Assembly (NCBI GenBank): GCA_050014495.1
Contig: JBEKDF010000001.1
Span: forward strand, 32,001 to 96,000
DNA length: 64,000 nucleotides
Direction: 5' to 3'
Source: Candidatus Bathyarchaeia archaeon
GTDB taxonomy: Archaea > Thermoproteota > Bathyarchaeia > TCS64
A program made the position numbers and the translations under genes. Numbering within the stretch: the stretch's first letter is position 1; every line of letters begins with the position of its first letter. Below are positions 28,378-38,689 of this stretch, piece by piece. Below the pieces are notes generated by a model, which was given only the letters and a program-made list of their open reading frames with translations, was not told where the DNA came from and ran no database searches.

Positions 28378-28396
28378 GCCCGAAAGTGAGCCGTAT

Positions 28397-28428
28397 GCGG
28401 GACGAGCCCGCGCGAGAATCAGTTTTTT
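28397..28428 (+). terminator. Hairpin plus T-run downstream of the CxxC gene
   Basis: GCGGG-ACGAG-CCCGC followed by TTTTTT. Confidence 0.4.
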
Positions 28429-28511
28429 AAAGTTTTTATGATTAAAGATGTCCAGAAACGCAACACCTTTTTAATTACCCGTCAACCCCTCGAAGGGTTG
28501 AGGACTAGAAT

Positions 28512-29966
28512 ATGACCGGGAACCAATCCTCAGAGAAGAAGGAACTCATCAAGAAAGAGAACTTCAGCGAGTGGTTCGACAACATTCTACTGGAGGCAAA
28601 GATTGCGGATGATCGCTACCCTGTAAAGGGCTTCACGGTCTATACGGGGTGGGGCTTCGCCACGGCCAAGCGTATTATCGCGATGTTAGAGGAGAAGTTG
28701 GATGCCTCGGGTCATGACCCAATGCAGTTCCCGGTTGTAATACCCGAGGACAGCTTCCAAAAAGAAGAGGAGCATATCAAGGGGTTCAGCGGTGAGGTTT
28801 TCTGGATTACTCACGCGGGGGAGAACGAGCTTGAGAGGAGGCTGGTACTCCGCCCAACAAGCGAGACAGCTATTTACCCCATGTTCAAACTATGGACTCG
28901 AAGCCACGCCGACCTCCCAATCAGGATGAATCAGACCTGTAACGTCTACCGCTATGAGACTAAAGCCACCCGCCCGCTGTATAGGGGGCGCGAATTCCTC
29001 TGGAATGAGGGGCATACCGCCCACGCAACCTATGATGAGGCCGAGGCTAATGTTAGGATGGCAATCGACATCTATAGCCAAGTCTATGACACTCTTGGCC
29101 TCGCATACATCCGCCTCAAGCGCCCCGATTTCGACAAGTTCGCGGGAGCGGACTATAGTGTCGCATTCGATGCATGGAATCCAGATGGTAAGTCAAACCA
29201 AATCGGCACCGTCCACCAACTAGGCTTCAACTTCGGTAAAGCCTTCGAGATCATGTACGAGAACGAGAAGGGGGAACAGGTCTATGCCACAAACACATGC
29301 TATGGGATGGGTTTTGGGAGAACGCTGGCAGCAGTCATCAGTCAACACGGTGACGACCACGGACTTATTCTCCCACCTGTAATAGCCCCGAAGCAAGTGG
29401 TGATCATCACAATCCCGGTCAAGGGGAAGGAGGAGATAACAAAGACTTACGCACGTGAAGTCTATAGAGTCCTCACAGACGCTGGAATCAGGGTTGTAAT
29501 AGACGATGATGACCGACTCCGCCCCGGGGAGAAGTACTACAAATGGGAGATGTTTGGAGTCCCGCTCAGGGTTGAGGTCGGGCCAAGGGAGGCAGAATCC
29601 AAGACGATCACGTTCGTACGCCGCGACACCTTCGAGAAGAGCAAAGCAGAGCTTAATAATCTTCCAAATGCCACAAAGGCACTATTTAAAATAATTCAGG
29701 ATAGCCTCGCGTCAAGAAGCAGAAAGGTATTCGAGGAGCGTCTCACGACTGCATCAACAACGGAGGAACTTCGCGACTACATGGAACAGAAAAAGCTCGT
29801 CCGAATTAACTGGTGCGGTGACGTTAGCTGCGCTGAGAGGCTGAAGGAACAGGTTAGTGGCGAGATAAGAGGCACACTGTGGGACCACCACGAGGAACCC
29901 ACAGGGCCCTGTTTAGTCTGTGGAGATCCAGCCAAAAGCGTAGCTTACGTCTCGAGAACATACTGA
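28512..29966 (+). CDS. proS: Proline-tRNA ligase (archaeal/eukaryotic type)
   Basis: Motifs FSEWF, LRPTSET, YRYE, REFLWNEGHT and C-terminal Zn site ending RTY. Confidence 0.96.
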   Translation: MTGNQSSEKKELIKKENFSEWFDNILLEAKIADDRYPVKGFTVYTGWGFATAKRIIAMLEEKLDASGHDPMQFPVVIPEDSFQKEEEHIKGFSGEVFWITHAGENELERRLVLRPTSETAIYPMFKLWTRSHADLPIRMNQTCNVYRYETKATRPLYRGREFLWNEGHTAHATYDEAEANVRMAIDIYSQVYDTLGLAYIRLKRPDFDKFAGADYSVAFDAWNPDGKSNQIGTVHQLGFNFGKAFEIMYENEKGEQVYATNTCYGMGFGRTLAAVISQHGDDHGLILPPVIAPKQVVIITIPVKGKEEITKTYAREVYRVLTDAGIRVVIDDDDRLRPGEKYYKWEMFGVPLRVEVGPREAESKTITFVRRDTFEKSKAELNNLPNATKALFKIIQDSLASRSRKVFEERLTTASTTEELRDYMEQKKLVRINWCGDVSCAERLKEQVSGEIRGTLWDHHEEPTGPCLVCGDPAKSVAYVSRTY

Positions 29967-30060
29967 GTTATAGGGCATAATTAAAAAGTTCACAAACCCG
30001 TGGTTCGCACAAGGTCCACATATAGTAAGACCAATCTGGAACCAGAACATAGAGTATTGT

Positions 30061-30597
30061 ATGGAGCCCATCTACCAGCCTTCAGAGGACTCGTACCTCC
30101 TAAATAGGCACGTCAAGCGACTTGTTGAGGGACAAGTCCTAGATATGGGGACAGGTAGCGGTATACAAGCAGTGACCGCGGCTCTAAAGTCAGAGGTTAG
30201 CCACGTCTTGGCAACAGATTTAAACCCTTCAGCCATCGAGGCGGCGAAGATTAGGGCTATCGATGCAGGAGTCATCGACAAGATAGACTTCGTAGTGACG
30301 GACCTCTTCGAAAATGTGCAAGGCGTCTTTGATTGGATCGTCTTTAACCCACCTTACCTCCCATCAGAGGGAGGCCTATCCGATCATACATGGAACGGAG
30401 GTCTTAGAGGCGATGAAGTGATCGAGCGTTTCCTCATAACCGCAAGGGATCATCTAACCCCCAAAGGCTCCATCTTGCTCGTATTCTCATCAGAAACAGG
30501 GATCAATCCCGAGGGGCATGGCTACAGCTGGGAAGTCCTTGAGAAGATCACTCTCTTCTTCGAGTTGCTCTACTGTGCGAAGCTCAGCCCAATTTGA
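30061..30597 (+). CDS. HemK2/MTQ2-type protein methyltransferase
   Basis: Motifs YQPSEDS, DMGTGSG and FNPPY. Confidence 0.9.
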   Translation: MEPIYQPSEDSYLLNRHVKRLVEGQVLDMGTGSGIQAVTAALKSEVSHVLATDLNPSAIEAAKIRAIDAGVIDKIDFVVTDLFENVQGVFDWIVFNPPYLPSEGGLSDHTWNGGLRGDEVIERFLITARDHLTPKGSILLVFSSETGINPEGHGYSWEVLEKITLFFELLYCAKLSPI

Positions 30598-30663
30598 GAC
30601 CAATAACGAAAACTACTAGAAAGCTCGCCACGCAAGTGTGTGTGACAGCTACTTCAAAGAGAA

Positions 30664-31611
30664 TTAAGCTGGGACTATATGTGTCCCCGTCTTGCCATTG
30701 AGTGCATCCACGGCCTTCTCGAGGCTCGTTATAATGGCACGCTCGCCACCTCTATCGACGAAACCGAGAGCAGCCTCCACCTTAGGACCCATGCTTCCCG
30801 CCCCAAACTGCCCTTCTTGGAGACGCTTCTTGGCCTCAGGAACAGTCATCTTATGGATTGGGGCTTGTGAAGGTTTACCATAGTCCATCATTGCATACTC
30901 TACGTCGGTTAGTATTAGGAGGATGTCGGAGCCTACCTCCTCCGCAAGCTTCGCACCAGCCCGGTCTTTGTCAATAACTGCATCTACACCCTCAAGGTCA
31001 CCTTGTTTATTTCTGAAAACGGGTATGCCGCCGCCCCCAGAAGCTATGACTACCATTCCAGCCTCGACCATGATGCGTATAGCCTTAGCCTCGACTATGC
31101 CTAGGGGGAATGGGGAGGGTACAACGCGCCTCCATGTCTTGTCACCAGTTGGTCGGACTTTCTTCACCACATAGCCCCGTTCTGCTGAGAGTCTCTTGGC
31201 CATCTCCTCTGTGTAGAAGGGGCCTACAGGTTTTGTTGGGTCCTTGAAGTCAGGGTCTTCGGGGCTTACTAGAACCTGCGTGACGATGGTGGCAACCTGC
31301 TTTCCATCGACGTCTAATATATTGTTTAGATGCTGCTGCATCATGTAACCTATCTGGCCCTGTGTCATAGCACCGAGCACGACGAGGGGCTGAGGTGGTA
31401 CCTGGTCTGTAGCAGCCTCCTGCTGGATCGCAAGGTTACCTACCTGGGGACCGTTGCCATGGGTGATCACGAGTTGGAATCCATGTCTCACGAGCTGGGC
31501 TATCTGTTTGGAGGCGATCTCGACGTTCTTCATCTGCTCTTCGAAGGTCCCCTTCTCATCGGGTTGCTTGATGGCGTTCCCGCCTAGGGCGACCAGGACA
31601 CGCTTGGCCAT
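30664..31611 (-). CDS. arcC: Carbamate kinase
   Basis: Motifs ALGGNA, THGNGPQVG, PTKPVGP, RRVVPSP, GGGGIP, VIDKD and GSMGPK. Confidence 0.95.
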   Translation of the reverse strand: MAKRVLVALGGNAIKQPDEKGTFEEQMKNVEIASKQIAQLVRHGFQLVITHGNGPQVGNLAIQQEAATDQVPPQPLVVLGAMTQGQIGYMMQQHLNNILDVDGKQVATIVTQVLVSPEDPDFKDPTKPVGPFYTEEMAKRLSAERGYVVKKVRPTGDKTWRRVVPSPFPLGIVEAKAIRIMVEAGMVVIASGGGGIPVFRNKQGDLEGVDAVIDKDRAGAKLAEEVGSDILLILTDVEYAMMDYGKPSQAPIHKMTVPEAKKRLQEGQFGAGSMGPKVEAALGFVDRGGERAIITSLEKAVDALNGKTGTHIVPA

Positions 31612-31910
31612 ATTTCACGCTTCCTTGGAAGGATTAACCGTTGAACGAATCTCGTTAAAAAAAGTTGTCCTAGATGATGCAGAAAAGGCATCGATAAGAC
31701 ACGAATGGATCAGCTAGCTTTCATCTCCACTCGTACCCTATAACATAAAACTCTACCAAACGGGGTATAACGCGTCAAATCAACATTAAAAAATCGGTAG
31801 TGGGTCTCGCGCCCTACAAAAACAAAACATAATCCTATAGATTTAGCCTGCGCTCTCTAATATACTGAATTAAAAGAACTCATTGATGAGAAACTGGAGT
31901 AACCCAGTCA

Positions 31911-32219
31911 TCAATTAATTTCCATCTCTATGTATACTTCGTTGGGTACTCTTATGCGCATTATGCTGCGCATTACGCGGTCGCGTGCATCGATCTCGAT
32001 GAGCCTCTTGTGTATTCTCATCTCGTAATGATCCCAAGTCTTGCTGCCGTCTCCGCAGGGGGTCCTCCGTGTGGGGACTACGAGCTTCTTCGTCGGTAGC
32101 GGTATGGGTCCCACAAGTTTGACGCCTATCTTTTGGGCGATGTCCCTGATCTCGTCGCATACACCCTCGAGCTTCTGGGTGTCAGTGCTTGTGAGTTTGA
32201 TTCGTGCGCGCCGCGCCAT
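31911..32219 (-). CDS. rpsJ: 30S ribosomal protein uS10
   Basis: Motifs GPIPLPT, RTPCGDGSKTWD and IHKRLI. Confidence 0.97.
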   Translation of the reverse strand: MARRARIKLTSTDTQKLEGVCDEIRDIAQKIGVKLVGPIPLPTKKLVVPTRRTPCGDGSKTWDHYEMRIHKRLIEIDARDRVMRSIMRIRVPNEVYIEMEIN

Positions 32220-32284
32220 ACCTATTCCCCGTCTTTTCAGATTGCCGAGAACTTAAAGGTATCGAAAAAAGTGGATGAGATGGT

Positions 32285-33580
32285 TTAGCTCTCGATCTCG
32301 AGTACGATGCCAGCGCCGATTGTGGTTCCCATGTCACGTAGAGCGAATCTGCCGAGCTGTGGGAAGTCCTTGAAAGCTTCGATGGCGATGGGCTGGAGAG
32401 GTATGAACTTCACGATCGCCGCCTCTCCTGTCCTGAGGTAGGTGGGGTTCTGCTCCACGACCTGGCCTGTCCTGGGGTCGAGCTTGGACTCGATTGCCTC
32501 GAACTTGACCGCGATTTGAGCAGTGTGGATGTGAAGCACAGGTGTATAGCCTGGACCGACAGCGGTTGGGTGGTGAATGATGAAGATCCTACCCTTGAAC
32601 GCCTTCGCGACCGTACAGGGGGTGTTAATGTGGCTCGCTACCTCGCCACGCTTTAACTTCTCGCGTGCGACACCCTTGACGTTGAATCCGATGTTATCGC
32701 CGGGGACGGCCTGCTCTAGGCGAGTATAATGGGTCTCAATGCTGTTTACCTTGCCCTTTTCTCCGCTTGGCATGAAGACGATGTCTTCATTCACCTTGAG
32801 TATACCGGTTTCCACCTTCCCGACGGGGGTTGTACCTACACCACGAATGGTGTAGATCTCCTGTACGGGTATTCGGAGGGGCTTATCGGTTGGCTTGGGT
32901 GGCATAACGAAGCTATCGAGGGCCTCGATGAGTGTTGGGCCCTTGTACCAGGGCATATTGGTGCTCCTCTTGACGAGATTGTCACCACCCCATCCACTTG
33001 TGGGGACGAATTGGACTTTACTAGCGTCGTAGCCAACCATCTGTAGGAGGCGGGTGATGCCATCTTTTACCTCCTGGTACCGCTGTTCGCTCCAGGCGAC
33101 AGTCGGGTCGTCCATCTTGTTGATTGCGACGACGATCTGGTTGACACCCAGAGTCTTGGCGAGGAAGGCATGCTCACGTGTCTGTCCGCCAGGGTTGGTT
33201 CCTGCCTCGTACTCGCCTTTCTTAGCGGAGATTAGGAGGATCGCACCATCTGCCTGACTTGCACCTGTGACCATGTTCTTGACGAAGTCGCGGTGGCCTG
33301 GGCTATCGATGACGGTGAAGAAGTTCTTCGCCGTCTCTAGCTTGTAGAAGGCGAGGTCGATCGTGATACCACGTTCGCGCTCCTCCTTGAGCCTGTCGAG
33401 GAGCCATGCATACTTGAAGGACTCCTTACCCATGGCCTTAGACTCGGCCTCCATGTCCTTCGCATACTTCTCATCGATTGCGCCGGCGTCATAGAACAGG
33501 TGGCCAATACTCGTGCTCTTACCGTGATCAACGTGTCCGATGATGATCAGGTTAATGTGTGGCTTCTCTTTACCGCTCAT
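32285..33580 (-). CDS. tuf: Elongation factor 1-alpha
   Basis: Motifs GHVDHGKST, RGITI, PGHRDF, NKMD and GRFALRDMG. Confidence 0.97.
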   Translation of the reverse strand: MSGKEKPHINLIIIGHVDHGKSTSIGHLFYDAGAIDEKYAKDMEAESKAMGKESFKYAWLLDRLKEERERGITIDLAFYKLETAKNFFTVIDSPGHRDFVKNMVTGASQADGAILLISAKKGEYEAGTNPGGQTREHAFLAKTLGVNQIVVAINKMDDPTVAWSEQRYQEVKDGITRLLQMVGYDASKVQFVPTSGWGGDNLVKRSTNMPWYKGPTLIEALDSFVMPPKPTDKPLRIPVQEIYTIRGVGTTPVGKVETGILKVNEDIVFMPSGEKGKVNSIETHYTRLEQAVPGDNIGFNVKGVAREKLKRGEVASHINTPCTVAKAFKGRIFIIHHPTAVGPGYTPVLHIHTAQIAVKFEAIESKLDPRTGQVVEQNPTYLRTGEAAIVKFIPLQPIAIEAFKDFPQLGRFALRDMGTTIGAGIVLEIES

Positions 33581-33748
33581 TTCTCAAATCTCCTACTCAA
33601 TCCGAACTGGATGGTGGATAAAAAGGTTAGGTTCACATCTATAAACCATACTGATCCTTGGGAGTTGGCTGATTGCAGCCGTTTTTACTAAACTAATGAG
33701 AAATTTAGAGAATGCGTAAAGTTTAAACATGTCAGCCTACACCGGAAG

Positions 33749-34189
33749 GTGGAGAATCGTTTGACTAACGGTATGTTCTGTGCCCGCAGGCTAAAAAATA
33801 ACAGGAGGGCTATGCGGTACAAGAGCAAGGACTACGTCCTCCGCAGGAAGCGCAGAACGGAGAATAAGGATCTCCTCCAGGGCGCTCCCATGGGTAGGGG
33901 CATCGTACTCCAGAAGGTAGGCGTTGAGTCCAAGCAGCCTAATTCCGCCATTCGCAAATGTGTTCGTATCCAGATCATTAAGAATGGCCGACTTGCAACG
34001 GCTTTCCTCCCCGGCGACGGCGCCCTCAACTTCGTTGATGAACACGATGAGGTCACCATCGAGGGTATCCACGGTCCCCGCAGCCGTAGCATGGGCGACA
34101 TCCCCGGCGTCCGCTTCAAGGTGAACGCCGTTAACGGCGTCCCACTCAACCTCCTGGTCATCGGCAAGGTCCAGAAGCCAGCTAGGTAA
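33749..34189 (+). CDS. rpsL: 30S ribosomal protein uS12
   Basis: Motifs [14 protein letters not shown] and MGDIPGVRF. Start may be TTG at 33761. Confidence 0.96.
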   Translation: MENRLTNGMFCARRLKNNRRAMRYKSKDYVLRRKRRTENKDLLQGAPMGRGIVLQKVGVESKQPNSAIRKCVRIQIIKNGRLATAFLPGDGALNFVDEHDEVTIEGIHGPRSRSMGDIPGVRFKVNAVNGVPLNLLVIGKVQKPAR

Positions 34190-34219
34190 AAAATTCTTAA
34201 CTGAAAAAGTTCTACTGGT

Positions 34220-35413
34220 TTAATTTTCCAGTTTCTTTACAGAGGGTTTAGTTTCCCCCGCCATAATGCTAGGTATTAAGGCTATTACAAGAATAATGGA
34301 GGACAGATAGAATGTCCATGAAGCCCCTCGAGTCTCCTGCACCCAAATCATGATGATAGGGCCGAATATCGACCCGAGGTCGAAGAAGGTGCGATAGGTC
34401 CCGATGGCAGCACCCCTACTCTCCACACCAACAGCTTCAGCAGAGAAAACTGGTCCGACTATCCAGACCGCACCTGTCGTGATACCAAGGAGGAAGAATA
34501 CCACCAAGCTCGGGAGTAGCCCAGATACAAATACGAGGGGAACCATCATGAGGGCAGTAGAGGCGATCCCAAACATCAACACGGGCTTCCTCCCGATCCT
34601 GTCGGAGATCATCCCCATCATGAATATTGCGAGGACATATCCGATGGAATTAGCACCCATAATAAGGCCTATGTCAGTGAAGCTCATCTTCAGCACCCCA
34701 TTGGCATAAAGCGGATACGTTGTGGAGATTACACCCGAACTCACTACGAATGAAACGAACGTGGCAAGGCAGACGACAATTAATGTCTTGTTCCTGAACA
34801 TCAGAGGGAAATCAGAGAGCTTCATTGGTCTAGATTTAGGGGTGTTAATTGTGTCCCTCTTAACCCTAGGAATCAGTATAAGGGCCACGGCAATAACGCA
34901 GAGTATCGCCGAGAGAATGAAGCCCCCGAAGAAACCCAGCTCAGTTATTAGGAAGCCACTAGCTGTAGCACCGAGTATGCTTCCACCGAACTCGATTCCC
35001 TGGAATACTCCCATCGCGCTACCCCGACCCTCGATGGGAAACATGTTCAGGATGAGAGTCATCGACACAGCGAAAAAGAGGGGTGAGCCGAATCCCTGTA
35101 GCCCCCTCGCGATTATGAGCTGAAGTGGATCGGTTGCGAAGGCGATGTAGAATGTACCCACCGTCGTGAGTATGAGGCCGAGGAACATCGGCCAGAAGTA
35201 GCCCCACCGTGAGGACAAGAAGCCGCTCGGTATTTCGAGTAAAACCTTTGCAATCCCGTATGCAGCAATGCTTAGTCCAATCATCATACCAGTCGCTCCT
35301 ATTGACTTTGCGAATATCGAGAGTAGAGGGCCGATTAGGCTCGTGGATAACATGGCGAGGAGAGCTACGGCGCAGAGTATCAGGTAGGAGGTGCTGTAGC
35401 TTTTTTTCGACAT
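34220..35413 (-). CDS. MFS transporter
   Basis: About 12 hydrophobic helices with motif A GMISDRIGRK. Confidence 0.9.
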   Translation of the reverse strand: MSKKSYSTSYLILCAVALLAMLSTSLIGPLLSIFAKSIGATGMMIGLSIAAYGIAKVLLEIPSGFLSSRWGYFWPMFLGLILTTVGTFYIAFATDPLQLIIARGLQGFGSPLFFAVSMTLILNMFPIEGRGSAMGVFQGIEFGGSILGATASGFLITELGFFGGFILSAILCVIAVALILIPRVKRDTINTPKSRPMKLSDFPLMFRNKTLIVVCLATFVSFVVSSGVISTTYPLYANGVLKMSFTDIGLIMGANSIGYVLAIFMMGMISDRIGRKPVLMFGIASTALMMVPLVFVSGLLPSLVVFFLLGITTGAVWIVGPVFSAEAVGVESRGAAIGTYRTFFDLGSIFGPIIMIWVQETRGASWTFYLSSIILVIALIPSIMAGETKPSVKKLEN

Positions 35414-35517
35414 TATACACCTATCGCATTTCGTAGCGTAATAAGTCTGGTGATCTTCGGTAGCCTTTTATTCACGTTCCCACTCTTCCCCTCTGCAATC
35501 CGAGGCGAATCGGCCAA

Positions 35518-36129
35518 GTGAGCGACGAACAAGAAGTAACAATCGAGGCCACTACAGCGGGAACAGGCGGCATAAAGCTGTTTGGCGAGTGGAGCTTCGA
35601 GAACATTGAGGTCCGGGATCCCGGTCTCAAGAGGTATCTAAAGATCTCTCCGGTCTTCATGCCCCACTCAGGTGGTCGCCACGAGGCCAGGAAGTTCCAG
35701 AAGAGCGAAATGAGTATTGTTGAACGCCTTACAAACGACCTACTTAAGCCTGGAAGCAGTGGCGGTGATAAACCTCGGGTAATGAATGCGGTAAGGACGG
35801 CGTTCAAGATCATTTACATCAAGAGTGGGAGGAATCCCATCGAGGTACTCGTCCGCGCAGTCGAGAACTGCTCGCCTAACGAGGACACGACCCGCATCGG
35901 CTACGGTGGAGTAGTCTATAGGCTAGCCGTAGACATCTCGCCACAACGCAGGATCGATCTTGCCCTTAGGTTCATTGCGAAGGGTATCAAGGAGCAGACC
36001 TTCGGTAACAGGAAGACCTTCGAGGAGATTATCGCAGACCAACTCGTCGGTGCTGCCCAGAACGACGGAAACAATTTTGGTGTCCGCCGGAAGCGTGAAA
36101 TGGAGCGAGTGGCGCTCGCCTCAAGGTAA
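35518..36129 (+). CDS. rpsG: 30S ribosomal protein uS7
   Basis: Motifs KLFGEW, IVERL, NPIEVLV, AVDISP and ERVALASR. Confidence 0.96.
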   Translation: MSDEQEVTIEATTAGTGGIKLFGEWSFENIEVRDPGLKRYLKISPVFMPHSGGRHEARKFQKSEMSIVERLTNDLLKPGSSGGDKPRVMNAVRTAFKIIYIKSGRNPIEVLVRAVENCSPNEDTTRIGYGGVVYRLAVDISPQRRIDLALRFIAKGIKEQTFGNRKTFEEIIADQLVGAAQNDGNNFGVRRKREMERVALASR

Positions 36130-36150
36130 GCCTAGTTATTAATTTCTTTT

Positions 36151-36993
36151 TTAAATCGCTCCTGCCGTGAAGGCTAGGAGTCCGAAGAGCATCCAATAGA
36201 GGATCTGATTCTTCACCTTTCTGCTCGATTCTCGACTGTGGTCACGCAGTAGTGTGATGGTGCCGTAGACAAGGCCCAAATCTGTAACAATCACGAATGG
36301 AATATACCAAGGTGAGACGAGGTTGAGCAGCAAAGGTATGATCGACGCCACTACTGCGATAATGTACAATACGGAGACGAGGTGAGCCGCGGCATCAACT
36401 CCATACGCGACGGCGATTGTCTTTACACCTCGGGAAGAATCACCCTCCGTGTCAACGATGCCCTTCGTAACCTCCCTCCCTGTATTGGTTAGAAAGGCTA
36501 AGGCACTGAATAACAGAGAGGTGGATACGTTACCTGCTAAGACGCCACCGTAGACGAAGGGGAGGCCTATACAGGTACTCACCATGAGGTTTCCAAGAAA
36601 CCCAGTCCTCTTTCCCCAGGCAGAATAGATCATCATCAACAGTAAAGAGAAGACAGCGATGGCGAGGCTTGGGAGACTTGTGAGGTAGGCAGCAGCTAAC
36701 CCGACAGCATTCAGTATTAGAGAGTAGATGACCGCTTCTTTGGGCTTCACTTCACCACTGGGGATAGGACGACTGGGCTCGTTAACCGCATCAATTTCTC
36801 TGTCGAAATAGTCGTTGATGACCATTGCGCTCCCTGTGAGGGTGAATCCAGTGACAAATGCTAGGGTAAGGTACTCGAGGGAAATGTTTGATCGGAGCCC
36901 GCCAGCAATCACAACACCGACTAGTATGCCGACCCCCATCATAACGGAGTTGATAGGTCTAATGATATTGAGGAAGCCACCCGCTCTGCCCAT
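36151..36993 (-). CDS. UbiA-family prenyltransferase (DGGGP synthase-like)
   Basis: Motifs NDYFDREIDAVN..RPIPSG and REVTKGIVD.EGD. Confidence 0.9.
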   Translation of the reverse strand: MGRAGGFLNIIRPINSVMMGVGILVGVVIAGGLRSNISLEYLTLAFVTGFTLTGSAMVINDYFDREIDAVNEPSRPIPSGEVKPKEAVIYSLILNAVGLAAAYLTSLPSLAIAVFSLLLMMIYSAWGKRTGFLGNLMVSTCIGLPFVYGGVLAGNVSTSLLFSALAFLTNTGREVTKGIVDTEGDSSRGVKTIAVAYGVDAAAHLVSVLYIIAVVASIIPLLLNLVSPWYIPFVIVTDLGLVYGTITLLRDHSRESSRKVKNQILYWMLFGLLAFTAGAI

Positions 36994-37060
36994 TGCATAG
37001 GCAGATACCTGCTGCGTTATTAAAATCCCCATTGTAGGCGTAGAAGGCAAATTATTTGAG

Positions 37061-37249
37061 CTAGTTTAGGTCGTCTTGCTCCCACTCATCCTCGCTATAC
37101 TCTTCCTCTATCTCATCATCGTTCCAGCCGAGGCAGTCGTAACAAAGGCACTTCTGAGCGTCTCCACACTCAGTGCAATACTTCGCACCGCACTCCTTAC
37201 AGTCGTGGAGTTCCTGTACGTCCATACCGCAGATCTCGCAGAGTGGCAT
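37061..37249 (-). CDS. Small Zn-finger protein with acidic tail
   Basis: CEICG, CKECG, CTECG and CYDC, followed by a D/E-rich tail. Confidence 0.75.
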   Translation of the reverse strand: MPLCEICGMDVQELHDCKECGAKYCTECGDAQKCLCYDCLGWNDDEIEEEYSEDEWEQDDLN

Positions 37250-37298
37250 ATGCGATCCCATTTGGAGCCGGAGGTGCGGAAGCTATAAACCTATTGAG

Positions 37299-38251
37299 CT
37301 ACCCGGAGGCGACACGGCGAAGAAACTCCATTTCTATGTTACCACCACTGATGATTACCCCAACACGTCTACTCTCGAATCGGTTTGGGTTCTCCATGAG
37401 GGCAGCGACTCCGACGGCGCCTGAGCCTTCGATAACCTCATGGTGGCGAAGGAGCATAAGGCTGAGGGCGTTGACGATTGTCTTCTCCTCGACATCTATC
37501 CAATCATCCACAAAACTTTGGCATATAGGGAAGGTGACGCTCCCTTGCTCGATGCCGCCATGGAGCCCCTCAGCAACGGTGTCAAACATGGGTATGTCGA
37601 TGATCCTCCCCGCCTTGATGCTTTCGTGCATTACAGGACTCGCCTTTGTCTGAATGCCGATGACCTCGGTGCTTGATGCGGCTTTCATCACTGTGGCAAT
37701 GCCCGAGATCAGCCCTCCCCCACTCACTGGCACAAGGACGGCGTCGAGTACCGGGCCATCCTCCACCATCTCTAGCCCAACCGTGCCTTGGCCAGCGATG
37801 AGGTCGGAGTCGTTGTATGGACTGAGGAAAATCATACCATTATCTCGGCTCATGGACTGGGCGAGGCGCTCAGCCTCAATATACTCTTCTCCATGGATGG
37901 TGAGGTCCGCATCGAGGGCCCTTATGGCGTCTCTCTTCACTTTTGGAGTGTTTTCTGGCACTACTATGGCTGTCTTTACGTCAAGCTGTCTCGCTGCGTA
38001 AGCGACCCCCTGCGCATGGTTCCCCGAGGAGGCCGCTACTACCCCTCTCCGCCTCTCATCAGATGTGAGGAGGGCGATCTTGTTTGAAGCACCCCGTATC
38101 TTGAATGAGCCGGTGAGCTGCCTATTCTCCAGTTTGAGCCAAACCTCCCCCCTGTTAGCTCGCTGAGGAATGGGGAATACTCGAAAGGAGTCCTCCTGAT
38201 CCAAGGGCCCATCCGCTTTTGGGCGGCGTAGACATCGCCGAGAGTTACCAT
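37299..38251 (-). pseudogene. Threonine/serine dehydratase (catabolic type), frameshifted at a G6 run
   Basis: N-terminus MVTLGDVYAAQKRM..RTP is in one frame. KLEN.Q.TGSFKIRG, SSGNHAQG and SGGN are in another. Junction at 38147-38152. Confidence 0.85.
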
Positions 38252-38282
38252 AGTTGTAAAAACGTAATTGGATATTTCAAAT

Positions 38283-38406
38283 CTGGGCTCAAAGCAGCTA
38301 CCGAGTATACATAGACTGCGGTAGAACGAGGGGATTAAACAACCTCGTTGAGGGCTACTCCCGGAGTATAGCCCATAGGAGGAGCCAGTAGATTTACATT
38401 TTTCTT
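38283..38406 (+). ncRNA. Candidate structured non-coding RNA (multi-branch)
   Basis: Three abutting hairpins inside a closing stem, with an AT-rich TATA-like element upstream and a T-run downstream. Strand is inferred. Confidence 0.35.
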
Positions 38407-38689
38407 GGCCTTGGCTGGCATGGAAGTAATGTAGGAGTAATATTATCGATCATTTAACTGAAGTTTCTGGTTTCTCAAAATCTCGGAGAGGGGTGCAGAC
38501 TCCATCACCTCCTTTCATTGACTCGAAGGATGTGGCTTACAAGGCTGGATCTCTGCTAGATAGCGCGCGAGAGTTTCAGCCAAGGCATGACTAATAGATG
38601 TAATTTTTATGCCAATATTAGGCAAAAGATGTGATGCGGTAAAGCTCTTAACCCTAGTGGCTCATCGGTCTATCAACCGGTGATTTTGT

